Notes: generated from the letters alone by a model not told the origin. Positions 48,221 to 59,021 are shown, numbered from the stretch's first letter. The stretch is 64,000 nt of DNA from an uncultured virus (IMG/VR IMGVR_UViG_3300035670_009001) (IMGVR_UViG_3300035670_009001); one strand, 5' to 3'. A program made the numbers and translations.

Positions 48221-49397
48221 TCAATTTTTTTACTAAGTTTATAATTTGTTCATCAGTTAAATCCGTATGATTTCCAATATATAACGAATATTTGTGTACA
48301 TAATTTACATTGTCCAATTCTCCAACAATTCGATAATCACATTTCTCTAAATAAGGTTGTAATACTTGATTCCCTCCTCCTGAAGTTCCTAATCTATATT
48401 CAACTCCCTCCAAAAATAAAATGTCACACACACTATCAAAATCATCATTAATGTGAAATCTATCTTTATAATCTTCTTTTATAATTAACGGTAGCGCAAA
48501 ATTGCTGTTTCCTTCTAAATTAAATTCAGTTACAAATTTATTTTTATTTAAATGATTTAACCACACATTTAAATTATGTCTTCTTTTTTCAATATTGTAA
48601 TCAATTCTTTTCATTTGTTCGATACCTAATACAGCATTCATTTCTGTACTCCTCATATTGAAACCCGGCACAACAAAAGTAAAAAGAGGATTTAAATTTG
48701 GATATTCTTTTTGATATTGAATTTGTGTTTCTTTTGAAACTTCTCTAGTCATTCCGTGCGACCTAAATAGTTTCGCCAATTCGTCAATTTTTTCATTGTT
48801 TGTTGATATCATTCCACCTTCAACGGTTGTTATATGATGTCCAAAAAAGTAAGAAAAAATAGAAATATCACCAAATGAACCAACCTTTTTCCCATTGTAA
48901 CACGCACCATGTGCCTCACAACAGTCTTCTATCAAAATAATATTTTTTTCTTTCACAATTTGCAATAATTCATCATCAATCGCATTGAAACCTAAACAAT
49001 GTACAATTACGATTGCTTTAGTATCATCAGTGATAGCTTGTTTGATATTCTCTGTTGTTATTGAAAGATTGTCTAATGAAATGTCTACAAAAACAGGCTT
49101 CATTCCAAGTTGTACTATGGATGAAATATCTGATACCCAACCAAGCGGAGGGACAATGACTTCACCAAGACCTAATAATTCTTTTACTATTGCAATTGAA
49201 ATATAGTTTCCTGAAGATCCAGAATTCACCATGGTGGAATTTCTTACGCCCAACCATTTTGACCAAATTTTTTCAAATTTTTTTACCTTTTCACCATTAG
49301 TTAGTCTTTGATTTGATAGTAAAAACTCACTGAGGGCAACTCTATCTGAAATTGTAATATTGTCATTTATAAGAGGCCATTTATAATTAAAGTTCAT
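48210..49397 (-). CDS. PLP/PMP-dependent NDP-4-keto-6-deoxysugar 3-dehydratase (ColD/RfbH-type member of the DegT family)
   Basis: VNSGSS.N, EDCCE.HG, SYFFGHHITTVEGG with His where aminotransferases have Lys, GFNMR. Confidence 0.8.
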   Translation of the reverse strand: MNFNYKWPLINDNITISDRVALSEFLLSNQRLTNGEKVKKFEKIWSKWLGVRNSTMVNSGSSGNYISIAIVKELLGLGEVIVPPLGWVSDISSIVQLGMKPVFVDISLDNLSITTENIKQAITDDTKAIVIVHCLGFNAIDDELLQIVKEKNIILIEDCCEAHGACYNGKKVGSFGDISIFSYFFGHHITTVEGGMISTNNEKIDELAKLFRSHGMTREVSKETQIQYQKEYPNLNPLFTFVVPGFNMRSTEMNAVLGIEQMKRIDYNIEKRRHNLNVWLNHLNKNKFVTEFNLEGNSNFALPLIIKEDYKDRFHINDDFDSVCDILFLEGVEYRLGTSGGGNQVLQPYLEKCDYRIVGELDNVNYVHKYSLYIGNHTDLTDEQIINLVKKLNDV

Positions 49398-49426
49398 ATT
49401 TACAATATATTAAAAATAATTAGGTT

Positions 49427-50176
49427 TCAAAGGTTATTAATCGATTTATTTAAAATTAAGTCTAATAAATGTGGTGAAATGTTAATGGGATTATGTAATC
49501 CAAATGTATCAGGATGAAATAAAGTTTCAGTACTAAATTTCATTGCGGTTTCAATGTCAGGTAAATTGTATCCATCTAACCATTTAACAAAAAAAATATC
49601 TTCCCACCTTGGCTCGTATTCTTTATGATTTTTAGTTATTTCTAACATAACATCTTTAGTCCTTAATGATAGTCCTCCATTACCTATAAACTTATTTTCT
49701 TTTGGTTTTAACCATGGAGCCCCAATATAGTCATATTTTAGAAATTCATCGATACCGAATCTTAGTAGTAGAGTGTCTAATTGAAATGTTAATATTTTTC
49801 CCCCCTCGACAAGTGTCCAAAAATCATTAGATTTTATATATTGATTATATTCTATTTTATTAAAATCTTTAACTCCCGTATTAACATATTTTACATTCTC
49901 AATGCCTTTTAATATATCATAGATAAACTCTTGATTGTCAATTCCATGAAAAATTTGTAATCCCCATTTTATGTTTGAGTCATTCTCATTTAAAAAATAT
50001 AAATGATTTTTTATTATCGATAACATTTTGGGGTCAATCCTTGGTTCAACTATAACCGCATAGTAATTGGTTTCAGATGGTAACGTCGGATTATACTCAC
50101 CAATTTTTTTTATAAAATCATTCAGATATTTTTCAATTAAATAATGTTGTGTTACCATATTTTTTCTGAAATACAA
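49427..50176 (-). CDS. DUF5672-like putative glycosyltransferase
   Basis: FQ.D, YDYIGAPW, GNGGLSLR, ED.FF, FG.H. Confidence 0.8.
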   Translation of the reverse strand: MYFRKNMVTQHYLIEKYLNDFIKKIGEYNPTLPSETNYYAVIVEPRIDPKMLSIIKNHLYFLNENDSNIKWGLQIFHGIDNQEFIYDILKGIENVKYVNTGVKDFNKIEYNQYIKSNDFWTLVEGGKILTFQLDTLLLRFGIDEFLKYDYIGAPWLKPKENKFIGNGGLSLRTKDVMLEITKNHKEYEPRWEDIFFVKWLDGYNLPDIETAMKFSTETLFHPDTFGLHNPINISPHLLDLILNKSINNL

Positions 50177-50781
50177 TCATATATGTATTGTCCAATTATT
50201 TTGTACCCAAGAAAATTTGGGTGGTAATCCCCTTCGTAAAAATTTTGTTCGTCATTCCACACTAATCTACTATTGTGTTCCCAAACAGATATACCATTAT
50301 TTATCTCATACTCTTTTAATACGTCTGAAACAGTTTTGTCTGGATCTATAAAACAAGATGGTAATCCCTTTATGTCGATTTCTGTCTCATATTTGAACGT
50401 TGGGAAAAATGAATTAAAGTAAAAATGTTTATAATCATTAAGAATATTTTCAATTTTATTATATGCCTCTGTAACCGTATAAGTATCCCCCGTATATCTA
50501 TACGGGTAAGAAAACATAACAATTACAATGTCTGTCTTTTCTATAAAATTATTTTTTATTGCTGATTCAATTTCACGAAAAATGTACTCATTTCCATAAC
50601 CACAAACACCCATATTTACGAATTCAATTTCACCTAATTTATTAGCAACCCATCTTGGCCAAGAATTTTGGTTTCTGAGTTTTTCAATAAAGGTAGGTGC
50701 GTTTGCGGTTTCTTTATATTCAATATTATTCTCAATTCCATGTCCGGCAGTCCAACTATCACCAAAACAAATTAATCTCAT
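50152..50781 (-). CDS. SGNH/GDSL-fold protein
   Basis: CFGDSWT.G, N.G..G.GN, DYHPN..GY. Confidence 0.75.
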   Translation of the reverse strand: MRLICFGDSWTAGHGIENNIEYKETANAPTFIEKLRNQNSWPRWVANKLGEIEFVNMGVCGYGNEYIFREIESAIKNNFIEKTDIVIVMFSYPYRYTGDTYTVTEAYNKIENILNDYKHFYFNSFFPTFKYETEIDIKGLPSCFIDPDKTVSDVLKEYEINNGISVWEHNSRLVWNDEQNFYEGDYHPNFLGYKIIGQYIYDCISEKIW

Positions 50782-52091
50782 GACATTATTGTTTTAAAAA
50801 ATCCATAATCATCATCGTTATTTTTGATTTCACTAATAATTTTTTGATTATTTATTAATCTATGAGTGTTCTGTTTATAAAATTTTATAACGTCTTCTTT
50901 ATTATTTTTTAATCTGACTACTTCATCAATCAACATCGTTATTCTAGTACCTATAGATTTTTCATTATCGTAATCATGATTAATTAAATCATCGTAAAAA
51001 TCAAAACCATATTTATCTTTCATATATTTTATATGATTCTGAGTCGCAACAATTAAAGGTAAGTTATAATAAGCAAATGGTCTAAATGATTTTTCACTAA
51101 CATGGATAACATTAAAATCGTCCCTGAATTGGGACTCCGTCACAATATTCACATATGAATTCATATATGAAAAATTATCTTCAGGTATCAATAATCCACC
51201 TGACTCCATTGCAGCTTCTCCTAATTCAGGAAATTCATTTTTATTAAAAATTATTTCACCATTTTCACTGAAATATTTTTTATTAACCTCATAATCACTT
51301 TCTTTTACTTTTATTGAAAAAAGTTTTTTTATTTCCTGTTCACAATTATTAACGACATCAGTAGGTAAGGCCTCGTTTAACCATACATAATCTTCTACTG
51401 GTCGTATTTGGCCGGTGACTAAGGACCAATTCACGTCATCAATTAAACCTCTTTTATGTAATAATGCTAATGTTGCGTATCGATGTGGTTTTGGCGACTT
51501 ATTATGACATATAAATAATTTACCGGGTTTTTCAGTTATTAGTGGTGGTTTAAAATCGGAAAAAATACTATTACTCGTAATTGGTATTAATTGTAATTGA
51601 TTAAATTGAATATTTCCATTGTACTTTGTATTGTACATTTGGAAGTTTCCATTGTTGTTCAATAACATAAATTGATTATCATTTAATCCATTTTTACTGA
51701 TGTAATCTCTTAATGCCACGTATCCTAATTCATCATCACTCTCATGTTCTGTCAAAAAAACAATTGTGAAATTATTACAACTAATCAAACAATTCAATAC
51801 TTCCTCAGAAAAGGAAAGATTTCTTTCTTTGAACATTTCGTTAATAGATAAAGATGTTTTTATAAAAAAGTAATAATTTAAATCCTTATTCTCGTGCACC
51901 TCTTGTATCTTATGAAATGTTCTTGGAAGGGAGTACCTCTCAAATTTTCCTAAACTATGGTAAAATCTTTCATAAAAATCAAAAAATCCATCTTCGTATC
52001 TAAATCCATCTGATCCAAAAAATTCAGAGCAATTTGGTAATGGTTTATCTCCGTCCCACTTTTCAAAAACAAGTCTAATTTTTTTATTCAT
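50778..52091 (-). CDS. putative glycosyltransferase, GT10-like paralog 3
   Basis: FICHN...K.HR, SYVNIVTES, VSEKSFRPF, YGFDFY. Confidence 0.55.
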   Translation of the reverse strand: MNKKIRLVFEKWDGDKPLPNCSEFFGSDGFRYEDGFFDFYERFYHSLGKFERYSLPRTFHKIQEVHENKDLNYYFFIKTSLSINEMFKERNLSFSEEVLNCLISCNNFTIVFLTEHESDDELGYVALRDYISKNGLNDNQFMLLNNNGNFQMYNTKYNGNIQFNQLQLIPITSNSIFSDFKPPLITEKPGKLFICHNKSPKPHRYATLALLHKRGLIDDVNWSLVTGQIRPVEDYVWLNEALPTDVVNNCEQEIKKLFSIKVKESDYEVNKKYFSENGEIIFNKNEFPELGEAAMESGGLLIPEDNFSYMNSYVNIVTESQFRDDFNVIHVSEKSFRPFAYYNLPLIVATQNHIKYMKDKYGFDFYDDLINHDYDNEKSIGTRITMLIDEVVRLKNNKEDVIKFYKQNTHRLINNQKIISEIKNNDDDYGFFKTIMS

Positions 52092-53316
52092 CGCACATAT
52101 TTTTTATAAAATTTTCGTCGTCTTTACTTTTTAAGATGTTAAATAATTTTATCTTATTTAATTCCATTCTTTCTTTCAAAGACGGGTATATTTTTTTTAT
52201 TTCCTCTTTATTATTGTGTAATCTTTTTATTTCTAATGTCAATTTTTTCATTCTTTTTATATTATCAAATTCATCATCATAATCATGGTTAATAATATCT
52301 GAAAATAAATCAAAATCGTATTTTGTTTTGAGAGATTTTACATGATGATATGTCGCACAAAATATTGGTAATTGATAATAAAAAAACGGTTTCAATGATT
52401 TTTCTGTAATTTGTACCACATCTTCTTCTAAAAATAAAGACTCGGACACTATATTAACATACGAGTTTTCTTGGTCTTTCACAATTTCAGAAATATATCC
52501 AATATATGGTAAATTAGGAGTGTCTTTTTCAAAATCCGCAGTCTTAAATCCGAAATTGTTAAAAAACGAAATATCATTTTTTAATCCGTTGAAATCCTCA
52601 TAGTTCAAAATAAATTTGAATGTTTCATAATTATCAGAAGTGAAATCAATATTACCGTCTCTATAGGACCAATTAACATCATCAATTATTTCTATTTTTT
52701 TTAAGTTGGATAAAAGAATTAGACGATGTAATTTTTTCATATTGTTTAAACAAATAAAAAATTTACCTATTTTATTTGTAATAAAGCTAGTAACTATATT
52801 TTTATTTTGGACTGATGAAACATACCCAATAGGTATTAAAATGTTTGAGTGATACTTTATATTTAAATGATTTTTTTTAACTTGTTTTTCGGTTAAATGA
52901 TTATTATTAATTATATAAAACCTATTTTCGTCAATTTTATTTTTTTCTATGTAATTCTTTATCAACAAAAAATCTTGATTTAAATAACTTTCATGTCCAT
53001 CTAAAAATAAAATATTTAAGTTTTTACATTCATGAAACAATGTTAAGATATCATCTGAAATAATCATTTCGGATGATATCATCATATCAAATGTTATACT
53101 AGTGTGTTCGATTATGTAAAAAAATTTTTTATGTGGGTTTTTTTTTACATCTTCTAATTTAAAATATTTTACATTCAAATCATATGTTTGTGAAATATGT
53201 TCACCAATTCCTAAATTATATTGTGGAAATATTTTGTTTCCGTTTGGTAATGGAACTTCATCATACCAATTATCATATACTAAATTAAGTTCCTTTTTTA
53301 TTTCTTGTATCTCCAT
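52084..53316 (-). CDS. putative glycosyltransferase, GT10-like paralog 4
   Basis: FICLN...K.HR, SYVNIVSES, ITEKSLKPF, YDFDLF. Confidence 0.55.
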   Translation of the reverse strand: MEIQEIKKELNLVYDNWYDEVPLPNGNKIFPQYNLGIGEHISQTYDLNVKYFKLEDVKKNPHKKFFYIIEHTSITFDMMISSEMIISDDILTLFHECKNLNILFLDGHESYLNQDFLLIKNYIEKNKIDENRFYIINNNHLTEKQVKKNHLNIKYHSNILIPIGYVSSVQNKNIVTSFITNKIGKFFICLNNMKKLHRLILLSNLKKIEIIDDVNWSYRDGNIDFTSDNYETFKFILNYEDFNGLKNDISFFNNFGFKTADFEKDTPNLPYIGYISEIVKDQENSYVNIVSESLFLEEDVVQITEKSLKPFFYYQLPIFCATYHHVKSLKTKYDFDLFSDIINHDYDDEFDNIKRMKKLTLEIKRLHNNKEEIKKIYPSLKERMELNKIKLFNILKSKDDENFIKNMCDE

Positions 53317-53336
53317 AACAAATTATTTCAACAGTT

Positions 53337-54671
53337 TTATTTTAATAATTCTATTAATTTATGAAATCCGGCAGGTGGTTTAAACGTAGAATTAAATAAC
53401 AATAATTTTGAATTATATTCTAATGTTGGCCTTAACCACTCAAACCATTGTAGTTTATCAGGATTTGATTTTAATGAATTTATTATCACAGAAATTGCAT
53501 GAAATCTATCATTACTATCAAGATTATCATATGATTCATCTATTAAATCGTGAAAAGTTTTATAACCTAATTTTTTTAATTCTTTTAGAGAACCTTTATT
53601 TCCTAAAACAACAAAGGGATGTTGGCACGCTATCGGCTTGAACACTTTTTCACTTAAAAAAACGGTTTCTTGTTTATCTTCATAATGCGTCTCACTAACG
53701 ATACTAAACCAAGAATCTAATGTTGCCCGTTCATTTAAATTATCCATATAAAATTTGAAAGGCTCAATCTCGTTACTTATCCCATAGGCATAAGTTGGTA
53801 AATCTTTATTTACCCATTCTATTTGCCCTTTCGATAAAAAAGATGAATCAATTATTATTTTTGACTTACTATCAACAGGATTCATACTGATTAACCCATG
53901 TTTAAGTAAATCATATTCTTTTAACTTATGATAAAACCATATCCTATGGCCTCTTGGTTTTTTATTCAAAAAATTAAAAATTTTAATATTATCAAAATTT
54001 TTAATTTTATAATCAAACTGGTCTTGGAAATTTGGAATTTTTTTTAAATTTAATTCTGTTCTATTCCGAACCACCTCTGATATATCAAATTCAAAATGAG
54101 AATAAGGGATTACTTGTATTAACTCTTTTACAGAATTTGTTTTCGCCCAATTTACTAATTTGTCCTCTATGATAGAGTTTCCACTAACATATATAATTTG
54201 TGTTGGAGATATTCTATATTCCAAGCATTTCGAGTGAAAGTAATCAAAAATGAAATATTTAAAATATCCCTCATGAGAAGAATCAAATAATAAAAAGGCT
54301 TTTTTATTTTGTATATCATTCAAATATTTTTCGGATAATTTTGAAAATAAATCAGGTAACTTTCTTTCCTTTTCTGTATTACCATATGCACCTCCAATCC
54401 AATTTTCAGGAGATTGAGTCACTCCAATCGGTATAATATATTTTTCATTTATAATTTTATTAGAATCACATATGTTAATGCAATATTCATTACCAAAGTA
54501 TTCAATTACACCTTCCTTCCCATTTCTTAGCTTAGAATAATATATCTGAAGTTGACGTAACCTATTTACATAAGGAGAAATAGTCACTCTTGAAACTCCA
54601 CTTGTAAGTATTTCGTCTTCATTAAATAAATTTCGTAAATTATCAATGTCCTCAAATACAAAATTTAACAT
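53337..54671 (-). CDS. putative glycosyltransferase, GT10-like paralog 5
   Basis: FLNKKPRGHR, SIVSET, LSEKVFKPI...HPF..LG, LGYKTF. Confidence 0.55.
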   Translation of the reverse strand: MLNFVFEDIDNLRNLFNEDEILTSGVSRVTISPYVNRLRQLQIYYSKLRNGKEGVIEYFGNEYCINICDSNKIINEKYIIPIGVTQSPENWIGGAYGNTEKERKLPDLFSKLSEKYLNDIQNKKAFLLFDSSHEGYFKYFIFDYFHSKCLEYRISPTQIIYVSGNSIIEDKLVNWAKTNSVKELIQVIPYSHFEFDISEVVRNRTELNLKKIPNFQDQFDYKIKNFDNIKIFNFLNKKPRGHRIWFYHKLKEYDLLKHGLISMNPVDSKSKIIIDSSFLSKGQIEWVNKDLPTYAYGISNEIEPFKFYMDNLNERATLDSWFSIVSETHYEDKQETVFLSEKVFKPIACQHPFVVLGNKGSLKELKKLGYKTFHDLIDESYDNLDSNDRFHAISVIINSLKSNPDKLQWFEWLRPTLEYNSKLLLFNSTFKPPAGFHKLIELLK

Positions 54672-54674
54672 TTA

Positions 54675-55847
54675 TCACGTTCTATTTTTAATTCTTGTAT
54701 CTCCGTAATGAATTACTTCAATATCATGATTTTTATATTTTCTCCAAGGGTCTAATACAATAGAATTTTTCGTAAACTTATAATCATGATGTTTACCATA
54801 ATGCCCTAAAAGATATATCGCGTCGATAGGTGATTCTAAATCATACATTACGTTGACTCCCTCTTGTTCAATATAATATCCTACCAATATTGATGATGAA
54901 CCATCAATATAATCAACATTTGGTTTGAATGATTTACCCAAAATAACCACAGGTAAATTATGTTTTACTGAAAGTTGAACCAGTTTTATTGCCATATTTT
55001 TAGCCTGTTTTTCTCTGGCAGTCATAATAGAATCAAACAAATCATAACCCAAATTTAAATTTTCAGCTAAGAATCTTAACGCAATATTATCTCTAGGGTG
55101 GCAACCTCCACCATCTCCCATACCCGCTTTCATATATGCTGGACCCAAGATTCTTTGAGTACTTCGTTCTAATGCTCCAGTAACAACATCCACATTCATG
55201 TTACCGTTTTTTTCCGCAACATCTTGAATCATATTCACTAAAGCCACTTTGGTTGAAATGAATGTATTGTAAAATATTTTTATTCCTTCGGCTTCATCCC
55301 AAGTCCCCACTTCGTATCTAGTCTCGGATTTTACAAACGTTTTATAAAAGTCTATGAGTAATTTAGCGTCTCCAGTTGTGGTGCCATCCTCAGTTCCAAT
55401 AATAACCATTTCAGGATTAACCATGTCCCATTTAACAGTACCCATAGCAATTAGATATGGGTTATATATAAATCTAAAATTACTAAATAAACTAACAAAT
55501 TCTTTTCTAATTGTACCTGGAAGCACAGTAGAAATTAAAACAACTAATTGATTTTTATTTGTAAACTTATTGACCTCTGTTAATACACTCTTTACTATAG
55601 AATAATCAAAATCCTTGTTTTCTAAGTGTGATGTGGGGTATCTACCATCATAATCAACATGATGTGGGGTTGGGACTGCGATAAAGATTAAGTCCCTGCC
55701 TTTACATACATTCTCGATAGAATCGACTATATCAAATTTATCCGTATTAACTTCTTGAATATCGTAACCGATCACGTCATGGTGATATGACATTACTTCC
55801 GCAGCGTCTTTACCTAATTTTCCAACACCAATAAATCCTATTTTCAT
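54675..55847 (-). CDS. UDP-glucose/GDP-mannose 6-dehydrogenase family
   Basis: GVGKLG, IAVPTP, STV.PGT, K.FYN, GGGCHPRD, FKP. Confidence 0.9.
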   Translation of the reverse strand: MKIGFIGVGKLGKDAAEVMSYHHDVIGYDIQEVNTDKFDIVDSIENVCKGRDLIFIAVPTPHHVDYDGRYPTSHLENKDFDYSIVKSVLTEVNKFTNKNQLVVLISTVLPGTIRKEFVSLFSNFRFIYNPYLIAMGTVKWDMVNPEMVIIGTEDGTTTGDAKLLIDFYKTFVKSETRYEVGTWDEAEGIKIFYNTFISTKVALVNMIQDVAEKNGNMNVDVVTGALERSTQRILGPAYMKAGMGDGGGCHPRDNIALRFLAENLNLGYDLFDSIMTAREKQAKNMAIKLVQLSVKHNLPVVILGKSFKPNVDYIDGSSSILVGYYIEQEGVNVMYDLESPIDAIYLLGHYGKHHDYKFTKNSIVLDPWRKYKNHDIEVIHYGDTRIKNRT

Positions 55848-58009
55848 ATTATGCCTAATTTTATTTGATTTAGTAATGATAGTATTTCTTTATAATTATT
55901 CATACTATCCCCATCAAAAGTGTACTTAAATGTAACCATTTGAAGATAATTCACTCTATTATGTTCACAAATTTCGTACATTTCATTTCTAATCTGTTTT
56001 AATTCATCAACCGTCTTATTTTTAAATTTTTCGATTTCAGTTACTATCATCTCTGACCTAATATTTATTTCTTCTTCATTGTCATAACTTTCATCAAACC
56101 ATTTGTCAAAAGTTTTAAACCCAAATTCTTTTAGTTTTTTAAGTACCCCTTTATTACCTAATACCATAAATGGATGACCGAGAGATATAGGTTTCCATAT
56201 TTTTTCAGATAAAAAAAGAGTATACTTATCTGTTAAACTTTCAGTCACAATCGAAATAAATGTATCTTCGTGATCTTGAATAGAAATCTCATTTGCCCAA
56301 TTATATTCTAACCCTCTATCAATTTCAATTGGGGCTCTTTTTTGTAACTCATTGATTGGGTGGTCGTCAGGTAAATTTTGAAAATACTGAAATTGATTCA
56401 AACTCACTTTACCAAAATCTAACAAATTTTTTGATAAAATATTAGATAAAAAATGTATTCTGTGGAATCTCACATTCCTATTGTAAGATAAATACAAAAA
56501 TTTATCGTCTTTTGGATTGAATGGGATTGATTCGGTTCTGTCTCTCATTACGTGATAATTAACCCAATTATCGAAAATTGAAATCGGGACACACTTAAAT
56601 TCCATCCCTTTTCTTTTTGCAATTTCATCGATAATTAAATTACCACTTAATAAGAAAACAAATTTTGGTGGAATATCCAATTCTTTTATCCAAGAATTTA
56701 ATATTTCTAAATCATTATTATTTTCACATCCAATATAACCTTCCAAACCATTTACTAAAACCAATTTACATAATCCTGATTTTATATCATTCATATATTT
56801 TTCTGAAATACACTTGAATCCAATTTTTTCGTTTCTTGTAAAAAAGTTAGGGTCAAAAATATTTATAAGATAAATGTATGTTTTATCATTTATTTTTTCT
56901 TTTTCTCTGAAATCCACAAATTCTTCATAAAAATTTGGAGCCACTTGGTCTTTATATGTACCGTATCCGAAAAGTTTATAGTTACTATTCACATCCATTA
57001 AATTCCACACCCCCCACATTTTGGGAATATCTAGTCTACCTTCTTCTTCCAAATACCAAGTTCTACTCGACCCATTTGGTCTTGGACAACCTAATATCGA
57101 ATCATATTCTTCTAACCCAAAGACAAGTTTTTCTTGAAAGAATATCTCGTATATACCCCTTTCCAATAATTTTGGTGTAAAGTTTAAAATATTTTTTTCT
57201 AACCTATCAAAGTTAACGTAATAAGATCTAAATTCTAAACCATCGTCCACAAAATCCACATCAATTTTTTTATTTATTGATTGTTCAATTTTATTTATTA
57301 ATTGTGCTTTAGTTATATTAAATTTATTGTAACCAACATTTATTACCTTGGTATCTATATTTTCTACACATAACCTGAAAATGATTTCAGCACAGTCTTT
57401 CACATTTAAATTTGGCCGATAAGCTTCTGGTTCATATATTTGAATTTTTTTGTTGTTCTTGACATCGTTCACTATATTATTAATCAACAAATCATCCCTT
57501 TCGATAATTCCCAAACCATATAAAGTCGCCAATCTTACAATTAAATAATTTTTTATGTTCGAGTTCAAAATTTGTTTTTCCCCCTCTATTTTCAATTTAG
57601 AGTACATTGTGGTTGGTATCAATTCAGTGTTTTCGTCAACAACATTATTAGTATTCCCATAAACACTACAACTGCTAAAAAACATTAATTTGTAATTCGG
57701 TGATACCTTACTAATACATCTTAATGTGTGGTCCATTAATAAAATCTCTGAAGTAATATGTAAGTCATCTCTAACTTCACTAAACCTTGGTGATGCCATA
57801 TACAAAACACAATCAATGTTTTGAAATTTATCCAAGTGATTTGTTATATTTGTAAGGTCATCCTTAATATATGTTACATTTTGCCGATTTTCATTCACAT
57901 TCCAATACTTAAACGTATCATAAACTATAACTTCTTGTCCTCTTTCAGAAATTAACTCGGACAATACACTACCGAGATATCCACCACCGCCTAATAATAA
58001 AAATTTCAT
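55844..58009 (-). CDS. fusion of an NAD-dependent epimerase and GT10-like paralog 6
   Basis: GGGGYLGS, SSCSVYG, YSKLK, RLAT.YG; C-terminal YNR..RFHR..SIVTES..LSEKIWKPI..GHPF..FGFKTF. Confidence 0.75.
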   Translation of the reverse strand: MKFLLLGGGGYLGSVLSELISERGQEVIVYDTFKYWNVNENRQNVTYIKDDLTNITNHLDKFQNIDCVLYMASPRFSEVRDDLHITSEILLMDHTLRCISKVSPNYKLMFFSSCSVYGNTNNVVDENTELIPTTMYSKLKIEGEKQILNSNIKNYLIVRLATLYGLGIIERDDLLINNIVNDVKNNKKIQIYEPEAYRPNLNVKDCAEIIFRLCVENIDTKVINVGYNKFNITKAQLINKIEQSINKKIDVDFVDDGLEFRSYYVNFDRLEKNILNFTPKLLERGIYEIFFQEKLVFGLEEYDSILGCPRPNGSSRTWYLEEEGRLDIPKMWGVWNLMDVNSNYKLFGYGTYKDQVAPNFYEEFVDFREKEKINDKTYIYLINIFDPNFFTRNEKIGFKCISEKYMNDIKSGLCKLVLVNGLEGYIGCENNNDLEILNSWIKELDIPPKFVFLLSGNLIIDEIAKRKGMEFKCVPISIFDNWVNYHVMRDRTESIPFNPKDDKFLYLSYNRNVRFHRIHFLSNILSKNLLDFGKVSLNQFQYFQNLPDDHPINELQKRAPIEIDRGLEYNWANEISIQDHEDTFISIVTESLTDKYTLFLSEKIWKPISLGHPFMVLGNKGVLKKLKEFGFKTFDKWFDESYDNEEEINIRSEMIVTEIEKFKNKTVDELKQIRNEMYEICEHNRVNYLQMVTFKYTFDGDSMNNYKEILSLLNQIKLGII

Positions 58010-58010
58010 A

Positions 58011-59021
58011 TCAATCTCTTAATAATTCCGTTGTAACACAGTGAAATGATCCACCCAAAGTTCTAGAGTGTCTTATTTTACAATCCAATGTGTCAATATT
58101 ATGTTTTTTTAATTCTTTTATCAAATCTTTTTGTCTGTTGTCGACAATTACAGTATTTTCATCAACAGATAATAAATTAACACCAATCCAAACAGACGCC
58201 CTTATCGTTTTATGATACCCAATATCAACCATAGGTGGACACCATATTTTATCCCATGATTTCAAAAAATCAGGTATGTTATTTTCATTTACTCTTTCAG
58301 GATTTAACAAACAAAGCCCTTCACGTAATAATGCAATTGTTGAATCTATGTGGATATAAGAATATACGTTTTCGATTGTATGTACCCTATATTCTTTACC
58401 TAGAAAATTTTGTAACCATTTGGCACCCTTTAAATTACCAGTATTAGAAACCAAATACAATATATCATTATTACATCTAAGTATATTAGCTGCATCAAAA
58501 ACAGGCTCATCATTATTCAATGTAATTTTAGTTAAATCATCTCTTTGATACATTGAATCTAACAATCTTGGTTTAGGAGCACTAACCCAATTTGCACCTT
58601 CTTCCATTTTTTTTATAAAAATATCCTTAAAAGAATCGGTTTCAAATTGTCTAGATCTGAGAGACATGGGAGATTCTAAAATATTATTCCCGATTACAGT
58701 TACGGTATCTCGTGGACAAAATGTATAATACTGTGTTGTTTCCCAATAACCATTGGAGACTACTTTTTGTGTATCAATTGGAGATGGTCTGTGTACCTTC
58801 ACCCCAATGTTAGTCAATAAATTAGAAAGATTTTCTAAATCTTCTTGTGTCTCATCATAAACCTGTTTATCCCAAAAACCAATTTCATTTTTTGGTATCT
58901 CAGTTTCAGTCGCATAGTTAATACAGTGTAAATCTTTACCGTGAGTAGGCATGTTGGCATTATCAATTGTACCAACAATTATTTCCTTTAATTTACCCCA
59001 TTCATTATTAACTGAAACCAT
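58011..59021 (-). CDS. amidinotransferase (glycine or inosamine-phosphate amidinotransferase family)
   Basis: NEW..L.E.IVG, CPRD, FDAAN, N..G..WL, HIDST, GGSFHC. Confidence 0.9.
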   Translation of the reverse strand: MVSVNNEWGKLKEIIVGTIDNANMPTHGKDLHCINYATETEIPKNEIGFWDKQVYDETQEDLENLSNLLTNIGVKVHRPSPIDTQKVVSNGYWETTQYYTFCPRDTVTVIGNNILESPMSLRSRQFETDSFKDIFIKKMEEGANWVSAPKPRLLDSMYQRDDLTKITLNNDEPVFDAANILRCNNDILYLVSNTGNLKGAKWLQNFLGKEYRVHTIENVYSYIHIDSTIALLREGLCLLNPERVNENNIPDFLKSWDKIWCPPMVDIGYHKTIRASVWIGVNLLSVDENTVIVDNRQKDLIKELKKHNIDTLDCKIRHSRTLGGSFHCVTTELLRD

